Positions 40,724-50,571 are shown, counted from the stretch's first letter. The stretch is 64,000 nucleotides of DNA from an uncultured Methanosarcinaceae archaeon (GCA_963721455.1 CAVRJG010000015.1:64001-128000); one strand, 5' to 3'. Numbers and translations are program-made. The notes: generated from the sequence alone by a model not told the origin.

Positions 40724-41069
40724 AATGAACGGTTTTCGATATTTAAATAGGAATCACAGCATATTTACTCCATTTTTAAACATGGTTAAAAGGTTTAGTA
40801 ACCTTTTTAGACCGGATTAAAAAGTTCAGCAATCAAAGGACATTTTGCTTTAAAGGAAATACTTCCACAATTTATTAAAAACTTACGGTTTGGAGCAAAA
40901 TATAAATCTTCAAAGAATAATTGAGAATTTATTGAAATCTTTTAAGCAAGGTTTCCCTAACACACATTATAATCTTCTTTTTAAAGTTAGAAAAATATGA
41001 AAATAAGCATAATGATGGACAAGTAGAATTACAGATAGAACTATTGCATCGATTCCATATATCCTCAAT

Positions 41070-41138
41070 AAACCACGGATAAACACAGATGAACACAGTT
41101 GGGTTCAATTTGTGTTTATCTGTTTCCATCTATGGTTT
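41070..41138. repeat. inverted-repeat element built of 10-bp modules (AACACAGAT)
   Basis: AAACCACGGAT-AAACACAGAT-GAACACAG ... TTGTGTTTATC-TGTTTCCATC-TATGGTTT. Confidence 0.7.
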
Positions 41139-41269
41139 TTTATGGGAAACTCATTGATAAGTGCTGATTTCAAAGTCCAGTTTTATTTCCATAATTTGGT
41201 ATCGATACACTATAATTATAAAAGAAAATATTGATTCGAAAAAAAGCTATATAATAGCTCTTCCTGAAT

Positions 41270-42154
41270 TTAGAGAGTAGAATTAATTTTTTTCTGAAGG
41301 TCTTTTATTTCCTGGAATTTTCCCGCTTTTTCTTCGGAATCCGTACATCCTGTATCTTTGAAACTATCGAGAGCCAGTTCCGCCACAATGGAAGAGTTAC
41401 TTAAAAGATTTTCCTCAGCCTGAACTCGTAAGGTCTCAAGTGCCCACTGGCACAGCAGAACAGCCTCGTGAAGTCCTTTCTTTAAAGATACTTTTCCTAT
41501 TTCTTCTATGGAAAGCGCTGTTGAACTGAGGGCTTCGTCGAAGTATCTTTCTACCGCAAGCTTGCCTATTTCCTCAAGCAGGATAAGGGTACTGATAGTT
41601 TCAAGTTCAAAGCTTTCTGCTGCTGCCTTTTTCCCGATTTCTCCCAGACATGTTGCTGCATTGAGCACAGTCTCTTCAGTACCATGCCTGGCAGCAGCAG
41701 ACCCAATCTCTTTAATGAGTAAAGAAACGGCGATAGTCTGTTCCTGATTCCACTTTTGTGGAGAAGAGTTCCAGATCTCCATCAGGATCGTAGCAGCGAC
41801 CTTTGAGCCGGTTTCAAGGGAATGTGCAGCCGCAGCTCTTCCCAATCTTCCCGTTGCTATAAAGGCCTTGATCAAAGCGGATCCAAGTCCCTTTTCTGCT
41901 GCTGTCCTTGCAAGTTTCCCGAGGGACAGGGCGGAATTGATGACAACAAGCTCCATTTCTCTTTCTGCAGCCGCCTGTGCGATATTCTCGATTGACAGGA
42001 TAACTCTCTCAGCGTCTGCCTCTTCGTTTTCAGAGAGAAAGCCTGCCGCAATCCCTGTAAGGGAGTCCAGGGCCTGAAAGACTCTGCTCTCATCTATTTC
42101 CTCAACTGCAGACAAACTTATCTCAACTGCCTCTGCCTCATTTAATGTGATCAT
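41270..42154 (-). CDS. hypothetical 23-aa helical-repeat protein (paralog C)
   Basis: N-terminal ITLNEAEAVEISL; about 9 repeats, e.g. IGSAAARHGTEETVLNAATCLGE. Confidence 0.82.
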   Translation of the reverse strand: MITLNEAEAVEISLSAVEEIDESRVFQALDSLTGIAAGFLSENEEADAERVILSIENIAQAAAEREMELVVINSALSLGKLARTAAEKGLGSALIKAFIATGRLGRAAAAHSLETGSKVAATILMEIWNSSPQKWNQEQTIAVSLLIKEIGSAAARHGTEETVLNAATCLGEIGKKAAAESFELETISTLILLEEIGKLAVERYFDEALSSTALSIEEIGKVSLKKGLHEAVLLCQWALETLRVQAEENLLSNSSIVAELALDSFKDTGCTDSEEKAGKFQEIKDLQKKINSTL

Positions 42155-42769
42155 TCTTCTTTCCCCTTTTTATTGGTCGTAGTAACACATCAAGTTTCAA
42201 GTTTTTACCTGCACATTTGCAATTGCTGTCTGCACGTTTTATTTACGCGCTATCGGTTTCAGATTTTATCAATTTCAGCCTGTAATATACAGGATTGACC
42301 TGCATAAAAAATATGGTCTGGCATACTCTATGAAGTTACGGTATTATTAGTGTTACTATTTTGTAAAGGAGGCAGTTCATCGAACAGACATTACCCGTTT
42401 TTGTTGTAACTTAAATCGGCGGTTTGAAACCGGTCCTGAACCTGGAAAAGTGTTTTTAGAGGGAAACAGAATAGAATAAGTAAGAAAAATACCTTTCTGA
42501 AAAGAAGTAAAGGAAAATAAAATTTTTAAAGCAAGCGCTGAGTAAAACCTTCAGGACAAAAAGAGAGCCAGGTTTTTTCAAGAGGCAACTGGTGTGCCTG
42601 TCTCCCTTGTTGCTATTTAAAAGACTCCATGTCTTTTGCGGAGGTCACAGATGAAAACGCAGCCGAAATTCAGCCCAGACCCGAACTGGATCTCAGTCTG
42701 AAACTCAGGGGATAGGACTTCCAGTCTATTTGGCAGCCTTTAGTCAGGTCTGCCAGTCAAAGGCTCCTT

Positions 42770-44263
42770 TTATTCGGATTTGTTTTTATTTTCATGGAGA
42801 AGGGAGAGATCCAGGATTCTTTCAAACACTCCTTTATCCCTTAATCCGACAATTCTTGCCTGGAGCCTGTCTGTCGTAAGGTTTCCATCCTCCTGCATGT
42901 AAACGTATTTTCCATTCTCAATGCCCACGATTACAGAAGAGTCAGGTATACGCTCTACCCCGAAATAGATTGCGAGCTGGATGTCCTTGTTTACATCTGC
43001 GGACATGATCGTTGCTTCTCCTCCGTGTTCTGCTGCCAGTTCGTTAAGGATCGGTTTCAGGGACCGACATGCCCCGCACCACTCAGCTCCTATTCTCAAA
43101 AAAACCGGGCCTTCTTCAAGAGATGTGTTTATCTGCCTGAGTTCATTTATTTCTACAACAACACCTTTCTCGGGGGCATTTCCGGAATCAAGGGGGTATT
43201 TCTTATTTGCTATTGAGGTATTGACGTTAGCGATTTCATCTTCAGAATTGCTGCCTGAGAAAGTCTCGTTTACCATAGGCATATAATCCATACTTCCGGT
43301 TGTCCTGTTGATAACATAAGGAGTATCTCCTATACCGTTTTCGTCAGCATCCGTTCCGTTATAATCGTTCCATAAATTACCTGCCGAGCTGCTGTTCCAA
43401 ACATTATTTCCTTCGTCCACGGCATTGAGGAAGTTAATAAATTCATTTTCATAGAGTGTGTTGTTTGATGACCCTTTAAGGTACACTCCAATGTCGTTCA
43501 GGTACAGGCTGTTATTTATCAAGAAATTGGACCCTGCAGCCTGTCCTCGAATTCCATATCCGTTTTTCGAAATTATATTATAAGCAAGCTTATTCTTCTG
43601 AGACATTCCAAGGAAAATTCCTTCTGCGTTTGAGCCTGCGGTATTATTAACAAGGGTATTATTAACTGAATTATTCAGCGAAATCCCCTGGTTATTTGCC
43701 ACTACCAGATTATTTGACAATACATTTTCATTAGAATTAGAAAGAACAATTCCACTGGATCCAAGACCTATTTGATTGTTGTCAAGGAGATTACCCTGAG
43801 AATTATTGAGATAAATGCCAATATCATTCAGTACCAGGGTATTATCACTTAATGAACAGTTCTGCACTCCTTCAAGGTAAAGCCCGACCTCGTGCCTGCC
43901 TGCTCCGGAGGAACCTCCTGCAATATGGAAACCGTTTATTGTTACGTTGCTTGAGCTAATGCTGAAGACATCAACGTCAGGAACTGCGCCTACAATATAT
44001 GTACGCTCAGTCTGTTCGCCTGAAAGAGTGGAATGTGAGAGGATTGCAAGTTCTTTGTTTACTTTTACATTCTCCTTATATATGCCAGAGTTTACAAGGA
44101 TTGTATCCCCATTCTGTGCATTATTGACAGCTTCCTGGATCGAACTATAGTTTCCTCCCCCATTGTTATTTACAGTAATAACTGTAGCACCTGCCTGGGT
44201 TACCGTTACCCCAAGCATAAATAGGAAAATTATGCAAATATTTTGAACTGATTTACCTTTCAT
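42770..44263 (-). CDS. secreted NosD/CASH beta-helix protein with C-terminal thioredoxin domain
   Basis: Signal peptide, YSSIQEAVNNA..GDTI.V..G.Y.ENV, GI.L..S.NN repeats, GN.W.DY.G.D...GIGDTPY, then GAEWCGAC. Confidence 0.88.
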   Translation of the reverse strand: MKGKSVQNICIIFLFMLGVTVTQAGATVITVNNNGGGNYSSIQEAVNNAQNGDTILVNSGIYKENVKVNKELAILSHSTLSGEQTERTYIVGAVPDVDVFSISSSNVTINGFHIAGGSSGAGRHEVGLYLEGVQNCSLSDNTLVLNDIGIYLNNSQGNLLDNNQIGLGSSGIVLSNSNENVLSNNLVVANNQGISLNNSVNNTLVNNTAGSNAEGIFLGMSQKNKLAYNIISKNGYGIRGQAAGSNFLINNSLYLNDIGVYLKGSSNNTLYENEFINFLNAVDEGNNVWNSSSAGNLWNDYNGTDADENGIGDTPYVINRTTGSMDYMPMVNETFSGSNSEDEIANVNTSIANKKYPLDSGNAPEKGVVVEINELRQINTSLEEGPVFLRIGAEWCGACRSLKPILNELAAEHGGEATIMSADVNKDIQLAIYFGVERIPDSSVIVGIENGKYVYMQEDGNLTTDRLQARIVGLRDKGVFERILDLSLLHENKNKSE

Positions 44264-44692
44264 AAACCAATACTCCCCTTAATTGGTTAAGCTATACAGA
44301 CAGAAGTAAAATTCTGCTTTTATAATAACTTGTAAGAATAATAATTCGAGACAATAAAATGGTTTTGGAATATATATTCTGAAAAATAAACCTGAACTGA
44401 CACTTTATTAGATCTTTCGAATAGTAATATTAGCATAACTTCCCGTAATTTCAATGTTAATTATTCAGGACTTACGCAATTAAACTGGAAAATCCATAGC
44501 ATTAAACCTTTAACTATCTAAAATATAAATTTAAACCGTAGTGTTTATTGTATTCGATTTTGTACCTTAAGTGCGTAAGTCCTATTATTTTAATGTTAAT
44601 TATTAAATCAGCCGGGGACCACAGATTGCAGAACCGGATAAAACAGGTTCAAGGCCCTTTCCACAGTTTATCTCCATGAATTGTGAAAAAAT

Positions 44693-45112
44693 TCAGATTG
44701 ATTTCTCCCACCCCTGTCCAAAGTCTACGAGGGGCCTGACCTCATAGACCTCGAAGGTCAATGAAGCGTGTATCATCTTCGCGCCTTCTTCGCCTACGAA
44801 ATTGGCAGCCTGGCTTCGGATCATATCGAGCAGTTCCCCTGATGTCGCATACTCCTTCAGCTTCATATAAACCCGGATGCCCTTCCAATCCGTGATTGAA
44901 TCTCCCGGTTCCATAATTGTATACATAGCATGCGGATTCTCCAGAAGATTTGCGAAGGTGCGGTTATTGGCCGTTGCCGCTATAACAGTCTTTTCATCGA
45001 TCATTTGAGGCGAGCCAAAGACAGCCGAATCAACCCGTCCGTCGTTGCTGGACGTGCTGAGAACGCCGAGCCTGGGCGCTTTATTAAAATATTCCATCAA
45101 GTTTGCTGGCAT
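44693..45112 (-). CDS. pyridoxamine 5'-phosphate oxidase-like FMN-binding protein
   Basis: GVLSTS..DG.V, T.ANL.ENP.A, KG.RVY motifs. Confidence 0.85.
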   Translation of the reverse strand: MPANLMEYFNKAPRLGVLSTSSNDGRVDSAVFGSPQMIDEKTVIAATANNRTFANLLENPHAMYTIMEPGDSITDWKGIRVYMKLKEYATSGELLDMIRSQAANFVGEEGAKMIHASLTFEVYEVRPLVDFGQGWEKSI

Positions 45113-45265
45113 ATTCTATCTCCTTTGCAAATTATTATCACTTTTCCCTTAAAAAAGTATCAATATAGGCGTAAACGGGATGGCTTGAAATTTTTCTGCC
45201 GTCTATCCCATGCTGTAAATAATGCCCGTAACCAGGATGAAAGATTCAGGATCTGCTAATTTTTT

Positions 45266-46102
45266 TCAATCAAGAGACTCGGCTTCGTGTATATATTCAG
45301 ACCCATTGAGAGTTTCAAGGGCAAGTTTTGTCATAAGCACGTGGCTTATTAAAAATCTTTCTTTACTTTCGAAAACCATCGTTCCCAGAGAATTGGCAGC
45401 TTTAATGATTACACTTTCAAAGTCACTGAAATCTGCGTAAGAAAGTTCTTTTTCTGAAAGGCCAGGGATAGGCTGAAGTAAATCGGCTTCTCCTCCCTGT
45501 TGAATAAGCAGGCTGAGAATACCCGGAAATTCTTCAGAGAAGATAATCGCTTCTTTTCCATGGGGTTGAGATAAAAGTATACCTGCGCCTGGAGGGATAA
45601 ACCCTCCGTTCTCCGGAACTCTGATATACTGCTGCCCGAAGGTCTCCTTTCCTATGGACCCTATAGCCAGAGCCGCAGCCAGAGTCTCCCTCTCCATTTT
45701 CTGAAGAGACGCAGAATTCGAAATTTCCCCAAGGTATGCGACTGCAATCCTGACCGCTGCCTCCATCTTCTGCCCAACCGCTGCCTTCCCGATTGCACAG
45801 AGGGAGTAAAGGATACTTAAACAGGTGTCAGTCATTCTCTGCTCTCTTGCAACTTCAGCCATCTTTCCAAGAGAAAAAAGAGATAAAAACACCCCAATTT
45901 CCATTTTCTGAAAGACAGCAGCGTTACCTATATTTCTTATACTGATAACGGCCTTTTTTGCATCGGGCTCGAGTCCCTTGTTTATGTATTCGGTTCCCCG
46001 TTCCGTAAGGAAATCTATGGATCGTAGCACACCAAGCTCGTCATTATCCTTAACAGAACTCAACCCGAGGTCCGTTGCTCCAGTTTCGTTTAAAATAGAC
46101 GT
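45266..46102 (-). CDS. hypothetical 23-aa helical-repeat protein (paralog B); apparent ACG start
   Basis: The frame extends 13 codons above the tracked TTG to ACG-TCT-ATT-TTA-AAC-GAA (xSILNETGATDLGL), downstream of GGGGTG and immediately after an in-frame TGA. Repeats such as IGKAAVGQKMEAAVRIAVAYLGE. Confidence 0.72.
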   Translation of the reverse strand, partial: TSILNETGATDLGLSSVKDNDELGVLRSIDFLTERGTEYINKGLEPDAKKAVISIRNIGNAAVFQKMEIGVFLSLFSLGKMAEVAREQRMTDTCLSILYSLCAIGKAAVGQKMEAAVRIAVAYLGEISNSASLQKMERETLAAALAIGSIGKETFGQQYIRVPENGGFIPPGAGILLSQPHGKEAIIFSEEFPGILSLLIQQGGEADLLQPIPGLSEKELSYADFSDFESVIIKAANSLGTMVFESKERFLISHVLMTKLALETLNGSEYIHEAESLD

Positions 46103-46258
46103 TCAGAACACCCCATTAAAAGTTCTTATATCCGGAAAAGGCGCCTCAAAGCTAGACAATCCTGCCTGCACTCCTTTCCCTTATGAAGGAAGGTATCGTA
46201 ATTCGGCACTGAATTGATTTACTCAATAATAATACTCAGTGAACTGAGTGGAAAAAGT

Positions 46259-47144
46259 TCATAAACCAGTACCTGGAAATTTCTTCTTTCCCCTGGAAGT
46301 TTTATTCAGTTTATCTTCCAGTTTCTCAATTTTTAATATTTCAAAGTGCAGGAGAGCTACTTCAGCTATGATGGAAGCGCTCATCAGGTAGCGGTCCTCT
46401 GCATTAAATTTAATCGTTTCAAGCGAATAGGTTGCCTGGAGCAGAGCCCTATCAAGCCCCTGCCTGTCTGCAGTTTTTCCTATATCCTGAAGAGAGCGGA
46501 CACTCGTATCAGCAGTTTCTTTCAGATTTTTTTCAATCGCCCCGGTTCCGATTTCCTGCAGCAATAACTCGGCGTTTAATGCTGCATCCTCGAAGTTCTG
46601 GCTTGCTGCAACCTTCCCGGTTTCCCCAAGAAGGGCTACTGTGCTGTTTGCGGCATCACCCAGGCTTTGCGATGTAACGCTTTTTCCAATTTCCCCAAGA
46701 GCAAAAATAACTGCAATTGTTTCTTTTCTGGTTCTTGTGAAAGCCGCTGTATTTCCCATCTCGCCAAGACAGGAGGCTGCAATCTTTGAGGGAATCTCCA
46801 TTTTTTGTCCTGCTGCAGCTTTCCCGATCTCTCCAAAAGCGAGTGCTATGCTCACAAGGGCATTTTCCATATGCTGCCTGCATGCTTCTCTGGCAACCGG
46901 AGAAAACAGAAGAAGCGTACTGACAACAATCGGTTCAAGCCTGGCCATAGCTGCCGCTTTCCCTATTTTTGTTATATATTCGATTAATCTTCTGGTGTCG
47001 CTTTCCTGTCCTTCTTTTGCATATTTCATTGCAAGCTCGGAGAGGTAATTAAGGACTCCTTTAATTTCGGCTTCATTTTTTTCATCAACCAAAACAAGTC
47101 CCAGTTCTAAAGCCTCGTTTTCATCGGACGGTAGAATCCTTCAT
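46259..47144 (-). CDS. hypothetical 23-aa helical-repeat protein (paralog A); +1 frameshift just after ATG or an alternative start
   Basis: ATG 47144 follows GGGGG but is one base out of frame with RILPSDENEALELGLVLVDE...; about 9 repeats follow. Confidence 0.72.
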
Positions 47145-47494
47145 GCCCCCAGATTCTCTCTTAAGTAAGTATGGATATGTGAGAATATGAGCTTTATCAT
47201 GGGAAAAAAGAATTACCAGGGGATCTTCTTCCTGAAAAAACAAAGAAATTTGCTATAGTTCAACAATAAATATACTCACGTAATAGAATGTTATATGTAT
47301 ACTTGGCGCTAATAAGAAGCCGATTGCTTGCAAGTAAACCTCAAAGTCTCATTTCACACACAGGAGAATCAAAATGATTAACTCTGGAAGGATAAGCTTC
47401 ATCCCTTCTTCCTGTCCGTCCCAAACCGTTCTATCGTGAGCAGCTACCTCTCCATACTTGTTTTTACAAATCAGAACACTAACAGTCGATAGGA

Positions 47495-47719
47495 TTGATT
47501 TCACAGATCATCGGCCGGGAAAGTGAAATGTACTCAAAACAGGATAGTCTTCTTCACAGGAAAGTCTACAAAGAAGTGCCTCCAAGGGTGAAATATTCAT
47601 TAACCGATATAGGCCGTAGGTTTTTGCCAGTAGATAAAAGGTTCGATTTCGGAGAAGAGTACCTTAATTTATTAAGTGTTAAGATTGAGTGGGCATGCTT
47701 CAATCGTTCACGAGTTTAA
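47495..47719 (+). pseudogene. HxlR-family winged-helix regulator remnant
   Basis: LLHRKVYKEVPPRVKYSLTDIGRRFLPV is the HxlR wing motif; the N-terminal half is missing. Confidence 0.7.
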
Positions 47720-47893
47720 TCTCGAAACTATCAAGATCTATACATTTTCAGCATCTGTTGTGAACATCCAGGTGAAAGCTTAGCAAAAATTCGTAAAAGA
47801 AACAAAAATTCACAGGAAATAACTGAGCCGAGCCCGGAAGCCCGGACTCAGTTGGGTTATTAACTGGTTTCTTAACTGGTTTCTGTATTAATT

Positions 47894-49270
47894 TTAGAAT
47901 ACAAGTCCTAGGTCTTCGAGCTTCTTCCTTGCTCCGTCGTAGACCTGCATGTATTCGTCAGTTGGGGTTACTGTCTTTACGTTGTAACACTCCTGGAAAG
48001 TCTTTCCTGCAGGGGCGCTTGCGTAATTCTTCTCGTAGAGGGCTACAAGCTTATCGAGAATCACGTTTATCTCTGAGATTTCCACACCTGCAGTTGCCCT
48101 TGCCACTTCTCCCATCATCCTGGCTTCCATACCTGTGGTCTTGTCGGTTACGACACCTTTTGCGGCTGCGACACCTGAGAGGATTTCTCTGCCTGATGCC
48201 GTGTCAGTGATGGACTGGGCTGAAGCCTCGAGGAGGCACATCTCAGTACAGGGACCCGCACATGGGTAGTACTGGTTTCCTGAGAGAATGTCTGTGAACT
48301 CGGAAATTGTTGCACATGCCCAGCCTGCAATTATGAGAGTCTCTCTGGTATTGGTTGATCCCCAGCGGATGTGGACAGGACCGTCAAGGTGCCAGCTTGC
48401 GCTGCTCATGACAATGGAGTTGATGTGGGTTGCAATGTCAACGATTGTGGTTTCCTCAATTCCTCCAGCGTATCCTCCGAAAATCGGCATCTGCTCGTCC
48501 ATAATGATATCGCTGTTTCCTTTGTAGTGGGCGATAACTGCGATTGCATCGAGGTCAATCTTGAGCTCATTTAGCTGGGAGACTTCGTGGCTGTCCGAGC
48601 TTATCTGGCCGCCAACGCAGTCAGAGGATATATTTCCCTGAGCAGACAGGGAAGTCTCCGGGCCCTATATGCCCATGCCCGGGCGGCCTGCCATTGCGCA
48701 TGCCTGCTTAATCAGGCGGGTTTCGGTCTTTGCGGCAAGGACTTCATAGGGGCTGCCGGGTATAGGGGGTTTCCCGCGGACTGAGGTCATGACACCGTCT
48801 ACAATCGTGTCGACTTCCTTTTCCAGAGCATAGCTCATGTGAACAGGCATAAACACATCTTCGGAAATCGGAGAACCTGTAGGACCGCCCTGGACGATGG
48901 GCTTTCTCTTGTCCCCGACACTTCTCTTCCTGACGTTTACTGCCTCTCTGCCTGTACCGAGGGTGAATTCTTTCTGGACATTGTTGAGTGCGTCCCAGAT
49001 TTCAGCTTCAGTGTACTTTACGATCCTGTGAGTGTCGGTACAGTAGATACCGCAGTCAAGGAGCATCTCGAATCCTGCCTTGAAGAGTTTTCCCATCATG
49101 TCCTTGTCCGTAGGAACAAACTCTCCTTTGAAGTCAAGCCCGTACTTCTGCTTGAGCTCCATTGACTTCATTGGGATCTTCATAAGGTCCCAGTCATCCT
49201 GGGTGCACTTCTCTCCTACTTTTGCCCTGTCGTAGAAGTCATAGCAGTCAAATGATTTTCTAAACGTCAT
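47894..49270 (-). CDS. mtmB: monomethylamine:corrinoid methyltransferase (pyrrolysine-containing, 458 aa)
   Basis: The two tracked ORFs are in one frame joined by TAG at 48665-48667 (AGRPGMGI-O-GPETSLS), codon 202. Starts MTFRKSFDCYDFYDRAKVGEK and ends LEDLGLVF. Confidence 0.97.
48590..48664 (-). promoter_or_regulatory. PYLIS-like stem-loop region immediately 3' of the amber codon
   Basis: Hairpin TTCCCTG-TCTGCT-CAGGGAA (48634-48653) just downstream of the UAG on the mRNA. Confidence 0.55.
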
Positions 49271-49289
49271 CGTCTTTTGCCTCCCAGGA

Positions 49290-49943
49290 TTATTTCATAA
49301 CTTCGAGTGCTACTTTTGCAGCCTCGGCAGCGTTTTCTGCAGTTGCATCAGCTCCGATTTCCTCGATCCATTTATCGGATACAGGAGCTCCTCCGAACAT
49401 GCACTTTACGCTGTCCCTGAGGTTTTCTTCCTTGAGCCTGTCCATAAGGTCTTTCTGGCCGAGCATGGAGGTGGTCATGAGAGCTGAGCCAACGAGAAGA
49501 ATCTTTTCGCCCTTGTGCTTTGCGGCTTCTTCTACAACGGTTTCGTTAAGGACGTCAACCCCAAGGTCAAGAATCTGGAATCCGTTTGCTCCGAGCATCG
49601 TGGTAACAAGCCTGTGCCCGATGTCGTGAATATCCCCTTCTGCAACAAAAGTGATTGCAAGTCCTATTTCGTCTCCTTCCTTCTTGTTCTTTGCAATTTC
49701 GGGAGTGAGGACTTCCATTGCATTGCTCATGGCTTTTCCGGACATCATAATTTGAGGCAGAAAAATCTCGGCGGCTTCGAACTTGTCACCGATAATTTTC
49801 ATTCCAACGGAAAGACCCTTGGAAATGATATCGAGAGGTGGAATTCCTGCAGCCAGGGCATCCTTGGCTAACTGTGCAGTGCCTGCGACGTTCTGATTTA
49901 CGATCGCATCGCGTAACTTGTCAAATATTTCAGTGTTTGTCAT
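49290..49943 (-). CDS. mtmC: monomethylamine corrinoid protein
   Basis: FLPQIMMSGKAM, B12-binding EGDIHDIGH, GSALMTT and GGAP motifs; directly upstream of mtmB. Confidence 0.95.
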   Translation of the reverse strand: MTNTEIFDKLRDAIVNQNVAGTAQLAKDALAAGIPPLDIISKGLSVGMKIIGDKFEAAEIFLPQIMMSGKAMSNAMEVLTPEIAKNKKEGDEIGLAITFVAEGDIHDIGHRLVTTMLGANGFQILDLGVDVLNETVVEEAAKHKGEKILLVGSALMTTSMLGQKDLMDRLKEENLRDSVKCMFGGAPVSDKWIEEIGADATAENAAEAAKVALEVMK

Positions 49944-50215
49944 CCCATCATCACTTCTTTTTGTTTTTTACGTCTGGCCGGTAAGGAATCCATTTTCACT
50001 TGCCGGATAGCGGAATCTTCATACCTATTATCAGATATATAAAATTTTCTATTGGATTTGATGATTATATATAAGTTACGCTAGAAAGATGTGAAGGGTG
50101 AGAATCACCTATAAATAGTTTTTTGCTGGGCTAACAGGAACCAGACCAAAAAATCGATGTGTAAAATAAAAATGTTAAATAATAAAAACGAAAAATAGCT
50201 TGATTGACGCCGGCT

Positions 50216-50482
50216 TCACCTGAAAAATATAAGAAAAACGATGAATGTCGCAATATTGAGCAAAAAGCCAAAAACACTTGTTATAAGCCCTGCTTTTGCA
50301 GTTACATCCTCAGACTCTTTCAGACTGGACCTGGCCAGGATAATCCCAGAAATGGAAACGGGTATTGCAAAAGAGGTAAGGAATAGACTTCCTGTGCCGA
50401 GCCAGAAAGAAAGGGAAATAAATACGCTTATCAGCCCCGATATAAGGCTGAGAATTCCCTTGAAGCCTGAAAAGTCGTTGAT
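50216..50482 (-). CDS. unannotated 88-aa three-TM membrane protein (DUF4190-like), apparent ATC start
   Basis: INDFSGFKGILSLISGLISVFISLSFWLGTGSLFLTSFAIPVSISGIILARSSLKESEDVTAKAGLITSVFGFLLNIATFIVFLIFFR*; AGGAGG lies 7 nt upstream. Confidence 0.65.
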   Translation of the reverse strand: MNDFSGFKGILSLISGLISVFISLSFWLGTGSLFLTSFAIPVSISGIILARSSLKESEDVTAKAGLITSVFGFLLNIATFIVFLIFFR

Positions 50483-50571
50483 TTCGTTTCCTCCTGCCCG
50501 AAAACCCTTAATGTACCCTAATTAGCACGCCCGGAATTAATATTTTAGGGGTGAAGATTCAGGCCATGCCA

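Noticed and set aside
48665-48667. mtmB as a nonsense pseudogene or two genes
   Set aside because: The TAG is at the known pyrrolysine position and both halves are in frame and intact.
50204-50525. Plus-strand ORFs 50204..50386 and 50241..50525
   Set aside because: Better explained as shadows of the minus-strand membrane protein frame 50482-50216.
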